Translations under genes and position numbers: made by a program | Assembly: GCA_023150555.1 (NCBI GenBank) | Contig: JAKLKQ010000033.1 | Location: 5,088 to 69,087 of the forward strand | Reading direction: 5' to 3' | DNA length: 64,000 nucleotides | From: Planctomycetota bacterium | GTDB taxonomy: Bacteria > Planctomycetota > SZUA-567 > H5-PLA8 | Part shown: positions 46,371 to 56,312 of the stretch, piece by piece | Numbering within the stretch: position 1 is the stretch's first letter | Layout of the letters: each line of letters starts with the position of its first letter | Notes under the pieces: generated by a model | Seen by the model: only the letters and a program-made list of their open reading frames with translations | Database searches by the model: none | What the model was told of the DNA's origin: nothing

Positions 46371-48347
46371 TCAGGACGTCTTGAGGAAAAGCGGTACGGT
46401 GACCAGCAGGCCGCCGATCACGATCACCGCGGCAAACCATGGAATAAACCAGCCGTACATGATCATCAGTGCGCCGGCGATGCCGAAAGTCAGGTCCTTC
46501 TTACCGCGCGAGTAGATCAAGTACGCCATCCCGATGATGCTCATGATGAAGCAGAAAACCATCTTGGACGTGCCGCCGCTGGTGAAAAGCCCGTCCTCGC
46601 TGGAAACCGACGAGATCGGCGTCATCGGCGCCACGATCTTCTGCTTCTCACCCATCGCCATGGCCTTCTCAAGCGACCCTGCGACGCCTTCCATGTAGTC
46701 CTTCTTGAACTGGCCTTCCTTGGTGTTCAGTTCGAGTTCCTGCTTCTTCGGATCGAAGGCCGCCTTGGCCTGCGTGCGCTGTACTTCCTGCACCGATTCC
46801 TTCGCCATCTGCGCGGCCTGGTCGGTGTCGCGTGCGAACTTTGAGACCGCGTTGTCCGGTTCGGGATTCGGTTCGCCGCCACCCATGAAAAGCACTGCAA
46901 TCCCGGCACCCATGAACAGCGCCAGCAGCACTGCGGCCACCGTCGTGCGCTGGCTGTTGCGCGGCGCTTCATCGCGCAGCTGCGGCATCCCCGCGGCGCG
47001 CTGGCGGAACGCCGACTGCGCCTGCATCGTGGGATCGAACTGTGCGGGATCGGGCGCTGGCGTCTTGTCGTCTTTCAACGGCGCCGTCAAACCCGCGCGA
47101 AACTGCGCAACGGCCTCGCTCTGCAGATCGCCGGTGCGGCCAAGGATCTTTCGGCACCACTTCAACGCCTTGAGCAGTTCCTTCACGTCGGCGAATCGCC
47201 GCTGGGGCTCTTTGGCCAGGCAGCGGTCGATCAGGGCGCAGCTGGCCGGGCTGGCGTCGGGGCGGAGGTTGCTGAGTGCTTCGTGAGGCTTGTTCAGCGT
47301 GTCCATCAGGATTTCCATCTGCGCCTTGCCGTGGAACGGCGCGCGCCCGCTCAGCAGCGCGTAGAGCGTGGCGCCCATGGAAAAGAGATCCGCAGACTTG
47401 CCGGCCTTGCGCGCGTCCATGGCCTGCTCCGGGGCCATGTACCCCGGCGTGCCCATGGACATCTGGCTGGCCGTCAGCGACTGGCCATGCTCCTCCAGTC
47501 GCGCCAGGCCAAGGTCGGCGAGTTTCGCCTGATCGAACTTCAAGGCGCCGGACTGGGCATCCTGCGGGATAAGAATGTTGTCGGGCTTGATGTCGCGGTG
47601 GATCACGCCGGCCGCATGCGCGGTAATCAGGCCTTCCGTGGCGGCGATGCAAAGATCCAACGCGTCGGCTTCGGGCAGACCGCTCTTGTGGCTCAGTTTC
47701 ATGTGTTTCCCGGCCGACGGCCCCGCGACAAACTCCATCACGAGGTAATAAAGTCCCTGTTCCTCCCGCGCTTCGCCAGTCTCGACCAGGTGCGCGCCCT
47801 TGACCTGCGATGCGATCTTGGCTTCGCGGATGAAGCGCTGGATCATCTCCGGATCCTGCTCTGCCTGGTGGAACGGCAGGATCTTGACGGCGACTTCCCG
47901 GTTCGTCTGCGGCTCGATGCCGAAGTACACCGCGCCCATGCCGCCCTGGCCGAGCTTGGCCAGCAGGGGAATGCCGCCCAAAGCGGGGACCGGCCGGCCT
48001 TCAAAGGTGCTGCGGCCCGCGGGCATCAGCAGCTTCTCGCTGCTCAAGTCCTGCTGCGCGACGCTGGACATTGTGCTGGAAGTGATGGAGAGCATGGACG
48101 CCAGGTTGCGGTGCGGCTGTGCCATGGTTGGCGCCAACGCGGGGGCGGTCGTGGAACGCGGCGGCGGGATCGGCTTCGGCGGAAGGGGCGGCGAAGGTGG
48201 TTTGAACGGCCCGCCGGCCGTGGGCTTCCGAATGGTCGGGCCGGGCTCCTGCGGCGAGGGCGAAGGTTTGTTGGGCGGAGCGGCCGGCTTCTTCGGCACC
48301 GGAGTGCCGAACCCAAAGGGGTCGTTGGCCTGAGATTTATCGCTCAT
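46371..48347 (-). CDS. Ser/Thr protein kinase with Pro-rich N-terminus and C-terminal membrane segments
   Basis: LGQGGMGAVYFG...AVKIL (subdomains I-II). HRDIKPDNILI (VIb). DLGLAR (VII). GTPGYMAPE (VIII). C-terminal TM helices. Confidence 0.85.
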   Translation of the reverse strand: MSDKSQANDPFGFGTPVPKKPAAPPNKPSPSPQEPGPTIRKPTAGGPFKPPSPPLPPKPIPPPRSTTAPALAPTMAQPHRNLASMLSITSSTMSSVAQQDLSSEKLLMPAGRSTFEGRPVPALGGIPLLAKLGQGGMGAVYFGIEPQTNREVAVKILPFHQAEQDPEMIQRFIREAKIASQVKGAHLVETGEAREEQGLYYLVMEFVAGPSAGKHMKLSHKSGLPEADALDLCIAATEGLITAHAAGVIHRDIKPDNILIPQDAQSGALKFDQAKLADLGLARLEEHGQSLTASQMSMGTPGYMAPEQAMDARKAGKSADLFSMGATLYALLSGRAPFHGKAQMEILMDTLNKPHEALSNLRPDASPASCALIDRCLAKEPQRRFADVKELLKALKWCRKILGRTGDLQSEAVAQFRAGLTAPLKDDKTPAPDPAQFDPTMQAQSAFRQRAAGMPQLRDEAPRNSQRTTVAAVLLALFMGAGIAVLFMGGGEPNPEPDNAVSKFARDTDQAAQMAKESVQEVQRTQAKAAFDPKKQELELNTKEGQFKKDYMEGVAGSLEKAMAMGEKQKIVAPMTPISSVSSEDGLFTSGGTSKMVFCFIMSIIGMAYLIYSRGKKDLTFGIAGALMIMYGWFIPWFAAVIVIGGLLVTVPLFLKTS

Positions 48348-48456
48348 ACGATTTGCCCGACGCCCGATTGCACACGTGCGCAAATGTGTGCCCCATGCAC
48401 GTTCAGACTATACTCGATTTCTCGATGCGTAGAAACGGTTTAGCGCGGCTGCGAGT

Positions 48457-49647
48457 TCAAGAAACGGCCAGGGTTTCGGCGCTGCTGCGCTTCGACTGGA
48501 TGCTGCGGCATGGCGGCTCATCGGGAAGTTCGCGCGGCGGGCCGCCGATCTTCGAGAGGTCGTAATCACGCGCCGTCTCGTAGAACGCGACGACGTTCTC
48601 GATCGAACAGTCGAAGCTCACCACGTTGGACGCGCGGAACATGTATCCGCCGTTGTAGGCGCAGCAGCGCATCAGGTAGTCGACCTCGCGCTTGACGTCC
48701 GCGACCGTCCCGAAAGGCAGCGTGCGCTGTACGCTGCCGCCGCCGTCGAGGGTGATCTTATCGCCGAAATCGCGTTTGATTCGCGCCGGGTCGACGCTTT
48801 CGGGCTGCAGCGGGTTGACTATGTTAAAGCCGACCTCGATCAGATCCGGGATGATCTCCGTGATGTTCCCGTCGCTGTGAAAGAAGAAGGTCACGTCCGG
48901 GTTGACCTCGCGCGTGCCGGCGATCAGGCGCTTCCAGAACTGCTTGTCCAGATTGCGCCAACTCTCGGGCGAGACCATCATGCGCTTCTGCATCGCCACG
49001 TCGCCCCAATAGCTGAACTGGTCGACGCCCGCCGCCGCACAGGGCCGCGTAACCAGCAGGCAGTACTGCAGGATGCGGTCTTGGAAGGCCTCCACCCATT
49101 CCGGATTCTCGACGTAGTCACACAGGAAGTTCTGCATTCCGCGCATGCGCCACGCCTGCTTGAAGGGATGCGCGCCGCTGCTTCCATGGACCCAATAGCC
49201 TTGCGCCTTGAGCAAGCGTACCTTTTCGGCGAGGTCCGGCGGCACGACAATGCGGTCGGCCTTCGGCCAGTCGAAGCTGTCGAGATCGTCGGTTTTGGCG
49301 AACGGCCCGCTGATCCACTCCAGGTACTTTCCGTTCTCCCCCACCCGTTCCACGACGCCCCAGCGGTCCTCGAAGGTACGCTCGTCGTGCAGGATCGTCC
49401 GCCCGATGTTGCCGAAAGGGCCGTACAGTTCACCGTTGATGCATTTCTCATACTCCGGAAAGAGTGTCTTGACGCCGGCCGAGCGCGAGAGGTCCGCATC
49501 GAGAATCATAGCCACCTCTTGCTCGCTGCCGACCTTGTAGTACGCCTTCGCCGCCTCTGTGACCTCGTCGCGCCAGCCCAGACTGATCGGGATGCGGTCG
49601 GGCATCTGGTGATTGAGGACGGCACGAATGCGTTCGCGCGGGGTCAT
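48457..49647 (-). CDS. Uroporphyrinogen decarboxylase (URO-D) family protein, MtaA/CmuA-like paralog
   Basis: MTPRERIRAVLNHQMPDRIPISLGW is the URO-D family N-terminal pattern. A similar paralog lies at 18099-19451. Confidence 0.7.
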   Translation of the reverse strand: MTPRERIRAVLNHQMPDRIPISLGWRDEVTEAAKAYYKVGSEQEVAMILDADLSRSAGVKTLFPEYEKCINGELYGPFGNIGRTILHDERTFEDRWGVVERVGENGKYLEWISGPFAKTDDLDSFDWPKADRIVVPPDLAEKVRLLKAQGYWVHGSSGAHPFKQAWRMRGMQNFLCDYVENPEWVEAFQDRILQYCLLVTRPCAAAGVDQFSYWGDVAMQKRMMVSPESWRNLDKQFWKRLIAGTREVNPDVTFFFHSDGNITEIIPDLIEVGFNIVNPLQPESVDPARIKRDFGDKITLDGGGSVQRTLPFGTVADVKREVDYLMRCCAYNGGYMFRASNVVSFDCSIENVVAFYETARDYDLSKIGGPPRELPDEPPCRSIQSKRSSAETLAVS

Positions 49648-49985
49648 GGATGGCTCCTTGCCGGGCCGGAAGAATCCATTTCTTTAATCTATGTGTATAT
49701 CCTAATACCCAGAATGTCACGTATCTACCGCTGCAATATTCTTGTCCGATCCTGCAACCTGGCCCAGGCAAAGGCACTAGGTGTGCCCTCCGGCTCGAAT
49801 ACGGCGCACCACTTTTGCTGAAATCCGGCCCGGGTGCCGCCACATATGGCCAGTGCAGCCAACCCGCAACACGCGAAAAAGAGTAGATTTCAGATATAAA
49901 GCTCGTTATATATACTTTCGTGCGCCCCTTGCCCTGTTAGGGCTCGGCGCGGGTATGCCTCTTCCTCCTGTCGGGAAGGCAGGCT

Positions 49986-51365
49986 ATGGAACGTTGGATC
50001 CCCGGCCTATTAGTGGTTCTCGCAACCGCGGCGCTGACGTCGTGGCTGCTGGCAAATCCCTCCGTACCCGTCGAACCGCGCGTACCCGCCAGCACCGTAG
50101 ACGAATCGCCTGCCGAGACTAAGGCGGGCGCAGCGTCCAGCCGGCTGATCCCAGGTTCCGGCACGCCTTCGTCCCATCCGGGCGCATGGACGTGTTTTCG
50201 CGGCGAGGAGCGCGACGGACTCGGCCACGACACCGTGCGCCTGTCGCGGCAGTGGCCGGCCGATGGTCCTCGCGAGCGCTGGCGCCTGGACGCCGGCGAA
50301 GGCTACGCCGGCGCGGCGGTCCGGGCCGGCCGTGTCTATCTGCACGACTACGACCAAGCTACACAGGTAGAAGCCATCCGATGCCTCTCCTTTGACGACG
50401 GCCGCGAGATCTGGCGCTTCGCCTACCCCAACGTGATCAAACGCAACCACGGCATGTCTCGCACCGTGCCCGCCGTCGGCGAGAAGCACCTGGTCGCCTT
50501 CGGGCCGAAGTGCCATGTCACCTGCCTGGATCCGGCGACCGGCGCGCTGCGCTGGCAGCTGGATCTCGTACGGGACTTTGGCTCCAAGGTTCCGCCGTGG
50601 TACGCGGGGCAGTGCCCGCTGCTGGAAGATGGCCGGGTGATCCTGGCACCCTGCGGAGACGACCTGCTGATCGCGGTGAATGCCGACGACGGCAAGGTTC
50701 TTTGGCGCACGCCCAACCGTCTTGCCTGGAAGATGACCCACGCGAGCGTCGTGCCCATGGCGCTCGCCGGACGCCGAACGTACCTGTATGCAGGCAGCGG
50801 CGGCATTGCGTGCGTCGACGCCGCAGGCGGCACGCTGCTGTGGACAACGGACCTCTGGAAGATCAGCATCGCGACGATCGCCACCCCGGTTCCAGCCGGC
50901 GATGGCCGCATCTTCGTGGCCGGGGGCTACAACGCCGGCGCGGCGATGCTGCAGGTCGAGCCCGACGGTGCGGGCTACGGCGTGCGCGAGGCCTGGCGCC
51001 TGGCGCCCGAAGTCTTCGGCGCGACGCAGCAGACGCCCATCCTCTTCGAGAACCATCTTTACGGTATCCGGCCCGACGGCGAACTGGCCTGCCTGGACCT
51101 CGACGGAAAGCTGCGCTGGACGAGTGGCCCGCAGCACCGCTTCGGGCTGGGGCCGCTCCTGATCGCCGGCGGTCTGCTCTACGCGATGAATGACGACGGA
51201 TTGCTCTCGATGTGCGAGGCCGTGCCGGACGCCTTCCGTCTGCTCGCGCAGGCCAAGGTGCTCTACGGGCACGACGCATGGGGTCCGATGGCCCTGGCAG
51301 GCGGGCGCTTGATCGCGCGTGATCTTACCCAACTCGTTTGCCTCGACGTCGCGGAGAAGCCCTGA
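49986..51365 (+). CDS. Membrane-anchored PQQ-like beta-propeller repeat protein (BamB-like family)
   Basis: N-terminal TM (IPGLLVVLATAALTSWLLA). WTCFRGEERDG and repeated A..A.DG..LW motifs are typical of PQQ_2/PQQ_3 propellers. Confidence 0.7.
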   Translation: MERWIPGLLVVLATAALTSWLLANPSVPVEPRVPASTVDESPAETKAGAASSRLIPGSGTPSSHPGAWTCFRGEERDGLGHDTVRLSRQWPADGPRERWRLDAGEGYAGAAVRAGRVYLHDYDQATQVEAIRCLSFDDGREIWRFAYPNVIKRNHGMSRTVPAVGEKHLVAFGPKCHVTCLDPATGALRWQLDLVRDFGSKVPPWYAGQCPLLEDGRVILAPCGDDLLIAVNADDGKVLWRTPNRLAWKMTHASVVPMALAGRRTYLYAGSGGIACVDAAGGTLLWTTDLWKISIATIATPVPAGDGRIFVAGGYNAGAAMLQVEPDGAGYGVREAWRLAPEVFGATQQTPILFENHLYGIRPDGELACLDLDGKLRWTSGPQHRFGLGPLLIAGGLLYAMNDDGLLSMCEAVPDAFRLLAQAKVLYGHDAWGPMALAGGRLIARDLTQLVCLDVAEKP

Positions 51366-51379
51366 GGCGAGGCCACACG

Positions 51380-52414
51380 ATGGCGGCGGAAGAGATTCCT
51401 AACGAGGCCCCAAAGTCTCTGCACGCGGGAAACCTGGCCATCGGCCTGGGCGCTGCTGCGATGGTGGCGCTCGCGCTTTTCCTGGTCTGGCGCGAAGGCC
51501 GCAGCGGGCGCCAAGCCGCGGAACTGGGCCCGGCCTTCCAGTACGACCTTGACGCGCTCAAAGAAGTGGATCCCGCGTTGATCGCCTACCACGAGACGGG
51601 CCGCGTCGAGAGCGGCTTGGAGCACGTGCGTGGCCTGGCGCTGGCGCCCGACGGAATGCTCTGGATCGCCGGTGACCGCGCGGTGAAGCGCTTCGACGCA
51701 CAGGGTCATCCCGGCGGCGAGATCGCTTTCGACGAAGACGTGCGTTGCGTCGCAGTGGACGGTGATCGGCTCTTGGTTGGCCTTCCGCGCCGGCTGATCA
51801 TCCTCGATACGAATGGCGTCGAATTGGCCCGTGGTCCCGACTTGGGGTCCGACGCGCTGCTGAGCGCCGTCGCGGTCTCGGGCGAGACGATCTACCTCGC
51901 CGATTCGGGACGCCGCCTGGTCCTTTGCTGCGATGCGTCGGGGAAGATCCTTGCGGAGATCGGCGCGCGCGACGCGGAGCGCGGCGTGCCCGGCCTGATC
52001 GTGCCCAGCCCCTACCTGGACGTGGCGGCCGGCGACGGCGAGGTCGTGTACGTCACCAACCCTGGACGCCATCAGGTGGAATCGTACACGCGCTCGGGAG
52101 ATCTAATCGGCAGTTGGGGCAAGCCAGCCATGCGCGTAGAAGGCTTCTCCGGCTGCTGCAACCCCGTCGCTTTCGCGCCCCTGCCCGGCGGGCGCTGCGT
52201 CGTCAGCGAGAAAGGACTCGCGCGCGTGAAGGTCATGGATGACGAAGGCAAGCTGCTCAGCCTCGTCGCCGCGCCGTCCGGTTTCGCGGAGAACGCCTTC
52301 GGCATCGACCTGGCCGCCGACGCGGCCGGGCGCGTCTACGTCCTCGACACAGGCACGCGCGCGGTGCGCATCTTCGAGCCGAACGCCGCGGTCGGCGGGA
52401 GCCCCGCGCCATGA
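51380..52414 (+). CDS. Membrane-anchored NHL-repeat / six-bladed beta-propeller protein
   Basis: N-terminal TM (LAIGLGAAAMVALALFLVW). Repeats such as GLALAPDGMLWIAGDRAVKRFD and IYLADSGRRLV are NHL-like. Confidence 0.55.
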   Translation: MAAEEIPNEAPKSLHAGNLAIGLGAAAMVALALFLVWREGRSGRQAAELGPAFQYDLDALKEVDPALIAYHETGRVESGLEHVRGLALAPDGMLWIAGDRAVKRFDAQGHPGGEIAFDEDVRCVAVDGDRLLVGLPRRLIILDTNGVELARGPDLGSDALLSAVAVSGETIYLADSGRRLVLCCDASGKILAEIGARDAERGVPGLIVPSPYLDVAAGDGEVVYVTNPGRHQVESYTRSGDLIGSWGKPAMRVEGFSGCCNPVAFAPLPGGRCVVSEKGLARVKVMDDEGKLLSLVAAPSGFAENAFGIDLAADAAGRVYVLDTGTRAVRIFEPNAAVGGSPAP

Positions 52415-52644
52415 CGAATGAACCTTGGCAAACGAACCGCCGCGGGTTCCTGCACAGCGCGGTGCGCTTGGGCGTATTCGGGGCGTTGGGCTGGTTGTTC
52501 ACGCACTTGGCCGGACGCGCGCTGCGGAATCCCGAAGCCTGCTCGGGGCAGGGCCTCTGCGGGCGCTGCGGCCTGGCGCGGAATTGCGCGTTGCCCCGCG
52601 CCATCCTGCACCGCGCCGACCAAAAGGAGCGTCTCCGTGGCTGA
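52411..52644 (+). CDS. Small Tat-signal Cys-rich protein (77 aa), hypothetical
   Basis: Twin-arginine motif TNRRGFLHSAVRLGVFGALGWLF. Four Cys in CSGQGLCGRCGLARNC. SD GGGAG upstream. Start overlaps the upstream stop, and its 3' end overlaps the next gene by 8 bp. Confidence 0.4.
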   Translation: MTNEPWQTNRRGFLHSAVRLGVFGALGWLFTHLAGRALRNPEACSGQGLCGRCGLARNCALPRAILHRADQKERLRG

Positions 52645-53239
52645 CGCGCACCAGCACGCACCAGAGTCGCCCGCCTCCGGCGGCGCCGGGCCCTCGCGCC
52701 GCGACTTCCTGCGCCAGAGCCTGCGCGGCGCGGCGTTCCTGGCCCTGGGCGGCGCAGCAGGATTTCTGGCCTCGCGAACCGCGCGCGCCGGAAACATCTG
52801 GCAGATCGATCCCTACCTATGCGTGCAGTGCGGCAAGTGTGCCACGCATTGCGTCTTGAACCCGTCGGCCGTGAAGTGCGTGCACGCCTACGAGATGTGC
52901 GGGTACTGCGAACTCTGCACGGCCTTCTTCGAGCCCGATCCCAACGGACTGAACACCGGCGCCGAGAACCAGCTCTGCCCGACCGGCGCCATCGTGCGCA
53001 CCTTCGTCGAGGATCCCTACTTCGAGTATCGCATCACCGAGGACCTCTGCATCGGCTGCGCGAAATGCGTGAAGGGCTGCACCGCCTTCGGCAACGGTTC
53101 CATGCACCTGCAAGTCCGCCACGACCGCTGCCTCAACTGCAACGAATGTTCCATCGCAGTGGCCTGCCCCGCGGGCGCCTTCAAGCGCGTGCCCGCGAAC
53201 CGCCCGTACCTGATGAAGGGCAAAAGGAGCGAGCCGTGA
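52637..53239 (+). CDS. Tat-exported tetra-[4Fe-4S] ferredoxin, NapG/MauM-like
   Basis: Tat signal SRRDFLRQSLRGAAFLALGGAAG. Four Cys clusters: CVQCGKCATHC, CGYCELC..CPTGAI, CIGCAKCVKGC, CLNCNECSIAVACP. SD AAGGAG lies 8 nt upstream of GTG 52637. Confidence 0.7.
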   Translation: MADAHQHAPESPASGGAGPSRRDFLRQSLRGAAFLALGGAAGFLASRTARAGNIWQIDPYLCVQCGKCATHCVLNPSAVKCVHAYEMCGYCELCTAFFEPDPNGLNTGAENQLCPTGAIVRTFVEDPYFEYRITEDLCIGCAKCVKGCTAFGNGSMHLQVRHDRCLNCNECSIAVACPAGAFKRVPANRPYLMKGKRSEP

Positions 53240-54549
53240 GACGGACGCGGGGGCTCCTCCTGCTGGCCGCGCTGGCCGCCGCATGTACCGGGGCGTTCGG
53301 GGAAGAGCGCTTCCCGCCGCCGGAGTTCACCGCCACCCAGTACGCTTTGCCCGCTCCCACCCGCCCGGAAGCACGCGACGGAATGCGTGCCGGCGTGGAT
53401 GTCGCGGTGCTGTTCGGCGCGCTTTGCCTTTCCGCATGGCTGGTCTTGCGCAAGCGTTCGCGCCGCGGCGTCTATGCGCTGATGGTCTTCTCCATCGCCT
53501 ACTTCGGGTTCTACCGCGAAGGGTGCGTATGCCCCATCGGCGGTATCCAGAACGTCTCGCAGGCCGCGTGGGCCGCGGACTTCGTTCTGCCGCTCTCGGC
53601 GCTGGCCTTCTTCTTCCTGCCTCTGGTCTTCACCCTGATCTTCGGGCGCGTCTACTGCGCATCGGTCTGTCCGCACGGCGCGTTGCAGGACGCAGTCGTA
53701 TTGAAACCCGTACAGGTGCCGGCCTGGCTCGATCACGCGCTGGGGCTGCTCGCCTACCTCTACCTCGGCCTGGCGGTGCTATGGGCCGTAACGGGCGCGG
53801 CGTACGTCATCTGCGAGTACGATCCCTTCGTGCCGCTCTTCCGCATGACCGGCAGCGTCAACATGCTCACGCTCGGCGCCGTCTTCCTGCTGGCCGGCGC
53901 CTTCGTGGGTCGGCCGTACTGCCGCTACCTCTGCCCGTACGGCGCGATCCTGCGCCTGCTCTCGCCGCTCTCGCGTTGGAAGGTCTCGATCTACCCCGAC
54001 CGCTGCATCGACTGCCGGCTCTGCGACACGTCCTGTCCCTACGGTGCCATCCGTCCGACCACGCCGGTAGGCCCCGCGCCGCCGCGCGCGCCCGACCGCA
54101 GGCGGCTCGCCATAACGATGGTACTGCTGCCGCTGATCGTGGCGCTTTGCGCCTTGCTGGGTTCCGGTCTGTCCGGACCTTTGGCGCGCATGCATCCTGC
54201 GGTGCAGCGTGCGGAGGCCGTCGCGCGCGGCGCCGAGAGCGTTGCGGATCTCACGAAGGACGACGCCGACCGCCTGCTGGCCTTCCGGCAGAACGCGGCA
54301 ACGGCGGCGGCTCTTCCGGAGGAAGCGCGCGACGTGATGGAACGCTTCCATCGCACCGCACCCTGGTTCGGCGCGTGGGTCGGCCTGGTGATCGCCGTGA
54401 AGTTGATCGCCTTGACGCTGCGACGCCGCCGCGACGAATACCTCGCCGACCGTGGCGCCTGCGTCGCCTGCGCGCGCTGCTTCGACTACTGCCCCGGCGA
54501 GAAGGGGCTGCTCGATCCGGAGATCGCCGCAAGGGCACGGCGGCCATGA
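53236..54549 (+). CDS. Integral-membrane polyferredoxin, NapH/MauN/CcoG-like
   Basis: TM helices with two CxxxCP motifs (YCASVCPHGALQD, YCRYLCPYGAI). C-terminal CIDCRLCDTSCPYGAI and CVACARCFDYCP are [4Fe-4S] motifs. SD AAGGAG lies upstream of GTG 53236. Confidence 0.7.
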   Translation: MRRTRGLLLLAALAAACTGAFGEERFPPPEFTATQYALPAPTRPEARDGMRAGVDVAVLFGALCLSAWLVLRKRSRRGVYALMVFSIAYFGFYREGCVCPIGGIQNVSQAAWAADFVLPLSALAFFFLPLVFTLIFGRVYCASVCPHGALQDAVVLKPVQVPAWLDHALGLLAYLYLGLAVLWAVTGAAYVICEYDPFVPLFRMTGSVNMLTLGAVFLLAGAFVGRPYCRYLCPYGAILRLLSPLSRWKVSIYPDRCIDCRLCDTSCPYGAIRPTTPVGPAPPRAPDRRRLAITMVLLPLIVALCALLGSGLSGPLARMHPAVQRAEAVARGAESVADLTKDDADRLLAFRQNAATAAALPEEARDVMERFHRTAPWFGAWVGLVIAVKLIALTLRRRRDEYLADRGACVACARCFDYCPGEKGLLDPEIAARARRP

Positions 54550-56312
54550 TGCGCCCTGTTCCCCCCTCCGACCCGCAGGCCCTGCGCCGGCACCAGGCGC
54601 GGTACCTGCTGGCCAGCCGCAGCGCGTTGGTGGCCGGCGTTTTCACGCTGCTGGTGGCCGCGCTGCTGGCGCTGAACTTCGCGCAGCGGCAGAGCACCGA
54701 TCCGCTCGAGCACCCCGAACTGGCGGCGCTGAAAGTACGGCTGGCGGCGGAGCCGCGCAGCAGCGCGTTGAAAACGCAGATCCGGCAACTCGACCAGGAA
54801 CTGCGCGCCGAGTACTTCCGCTACCAGTCGCGCGCGCATGCGGGCGCATGGCTGCTGCTCGGCGGCGCCGTCGTCTTCCTGGTCTCCATTTTCGGAATGA
54901 CCACGCTGCACCCTTCTGCGCCGCAGCCCCTTCGGGGGCTGGAACGCGACGCGCGGCAGTGGAGCGAACCGCGGCGCGCGCGCTGGGCGGTGGGCCTGCT
55001 CGGAGCAGCCGTTATCGGCGGCCTCGCACTGATTGCGGTGCTCGTCAGCGCACCGGCGCTGCCCGATAGCTCCGATGCAGCGGCTGGCGCCGTCGCCGCC
55101 TCGGGCCAGGCTTCGCCCGAAGCCCCGATTGACGAAACCGCCATCGCACGCAATTGGCCGCGCTTCCGCGGACCCGACGGCAGCGGCCGCGCCGCTGACG
55201 GCGGTATCCCGGCGACGTGGGACGTCTCGAGCGGCGAGAACGTGCTTTGGAAGTCGCCGATCCCGCTGCCCGGGGTAGGCTCGCCCATCGTCTGGGAGAA
55301 CCTCGTCGTCGTGACCGGCGCGGAAAAGGATCAACGCGCAGTGTACGGTCTCGACGCGGCGACGGGCAAGCTGCTCTGGACGGGCCGCGGGGAACGCATC
55401 GCCGAAAGCCCCGCCGAAGCGCCCGAGGTCATGGAAGACACGGGCTTCGCCGCGCCCACGCCCGCCACCGACGGCCAGCGCGTCTACGCGATCTTCGCCA
55501 ACGGCGACCTGATCGCCTTCACGCTGAAAGGCCAGCGCGTCTGGGCGCGCGCGCTGGGCATGCCGGCCAACGGGTACGGACACGCCGCCTCGCTGCTGGT
55601 TTGGAAGGACCTTCTGCTTGTGCCCTGGGACCAGTCGGAGAACGGCAGACTGTTCGCACTCGATGCAGCCACGGGCAAAACGGTCTGGGAGGAGCCGCGC
55701 GAAGTTCACTGTTCGTGGACGACGCCCGTCGTCGCGAAGCTTGCCGGCGGCGATGCACTAATCACCGCCGCCGCGCCCAAGGTCATTGCCTACGGCCTGC
55801 CCAAGGGCGAGGAAACATGGTCGGTCGAAGGCCTCGAAGGCGAACTGGGGTCGTCGCCTGTCTGGGACGGCCAGCACGTATTTGCGGTCGGCACCGATTC
55901 GAACCTGCTTGCCATCGAGCCCGGCGCGCACGGAAGCGCACGGGTGGCATGGAAGACCGACAAGGACCTCCCCGACATCACCAGCCCGCTGTCCGACGGC
56001 GAGCGGCTCTGGCTGCTCACCACGCAGGGCCGGGTGACCTGCCTTGCGGCGAAAGACGGAACGGAATTTTACGGCCAGGAACTCGACGCCAGCTTCTTCG
56101 CCTCGCCGACGCTGGTTGGCGAACGCGTTCTGCTCATATCGGCCTCGGGCAAGGCCTTCTGGCTCGCGTCCGGAGCCGAGTACCGCCTGCTGGGCACCGC
56201 CGAATTCGGCGAGAAAGTTCATGCTTCGCCGGCCTTGGCGGGCGGGCGCCTGTTCGTGCGCGGCGAACGCCATCTCTTCTGCATCGCACCACGCGGAGGG
56301 CCCAAGCCGTGA
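54546..56312 (+). CDS. Membrane-anchored PQQ-like beta-propeller repeat protein, paralog of 49986-51365
   Basis: N-terminal TM (ALVAGVFTLLVAALLAL) and a second helix. NWPRFRGPDGSGRA plus repeated PQQ-like blades (LWK, GLDAATGKLLW, ALDAATGKTVW). ATG overlaps the upstream stop. Confidence 0.7.
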   Translation: MMRPVPPSDPQALRRHQARYLLASRSALVAGVFTLLVAALLALNFAQRQSTDPLEHPELAALKVRLAAEPRSSALKTQIRQLDQELRAEYFRYQSRAHAGAWLLLGGAVVFLVSIFGMTTLHPSAPQPLRGLERDARQWSEPRRARWAVGLLGAAVIGGLALIAVLVSAPALPDSSDAAAGAVAASGQASPEAPIDETAIARNWPRFRGPDGSGRAADGGIPATWDVSSGENVLWKSPIPLPGVGSPIVWENLVVVTGAEKDQRAVYGLDAATGKLLWTGRGERIAESPAEAPEVMEDTGFAAPTPATDGQRVYAIFANGDLIAFTLKGQRVWARALGMPANGYGHAASLLVWKDLLLVPWDQSENGRLFALDAATGKTVWEEPREVHCSWTTPVVAKLAGGDALITAAAPKVIAYGLPKGEETWSVEGLEGELGSSPVWDGQHVFAVGTDSNLLAIEPGAHGSARVAWKTDKDLPDITSPLSDGERLWLLTTQGRVTCLAAKDGTEFYGQELDASFFASPTLVGERVLLISASGKAFWLASGAEYRLLGTAEFGEKVHASPALAGGRLFVRGERHLFCIAPRGGPKP

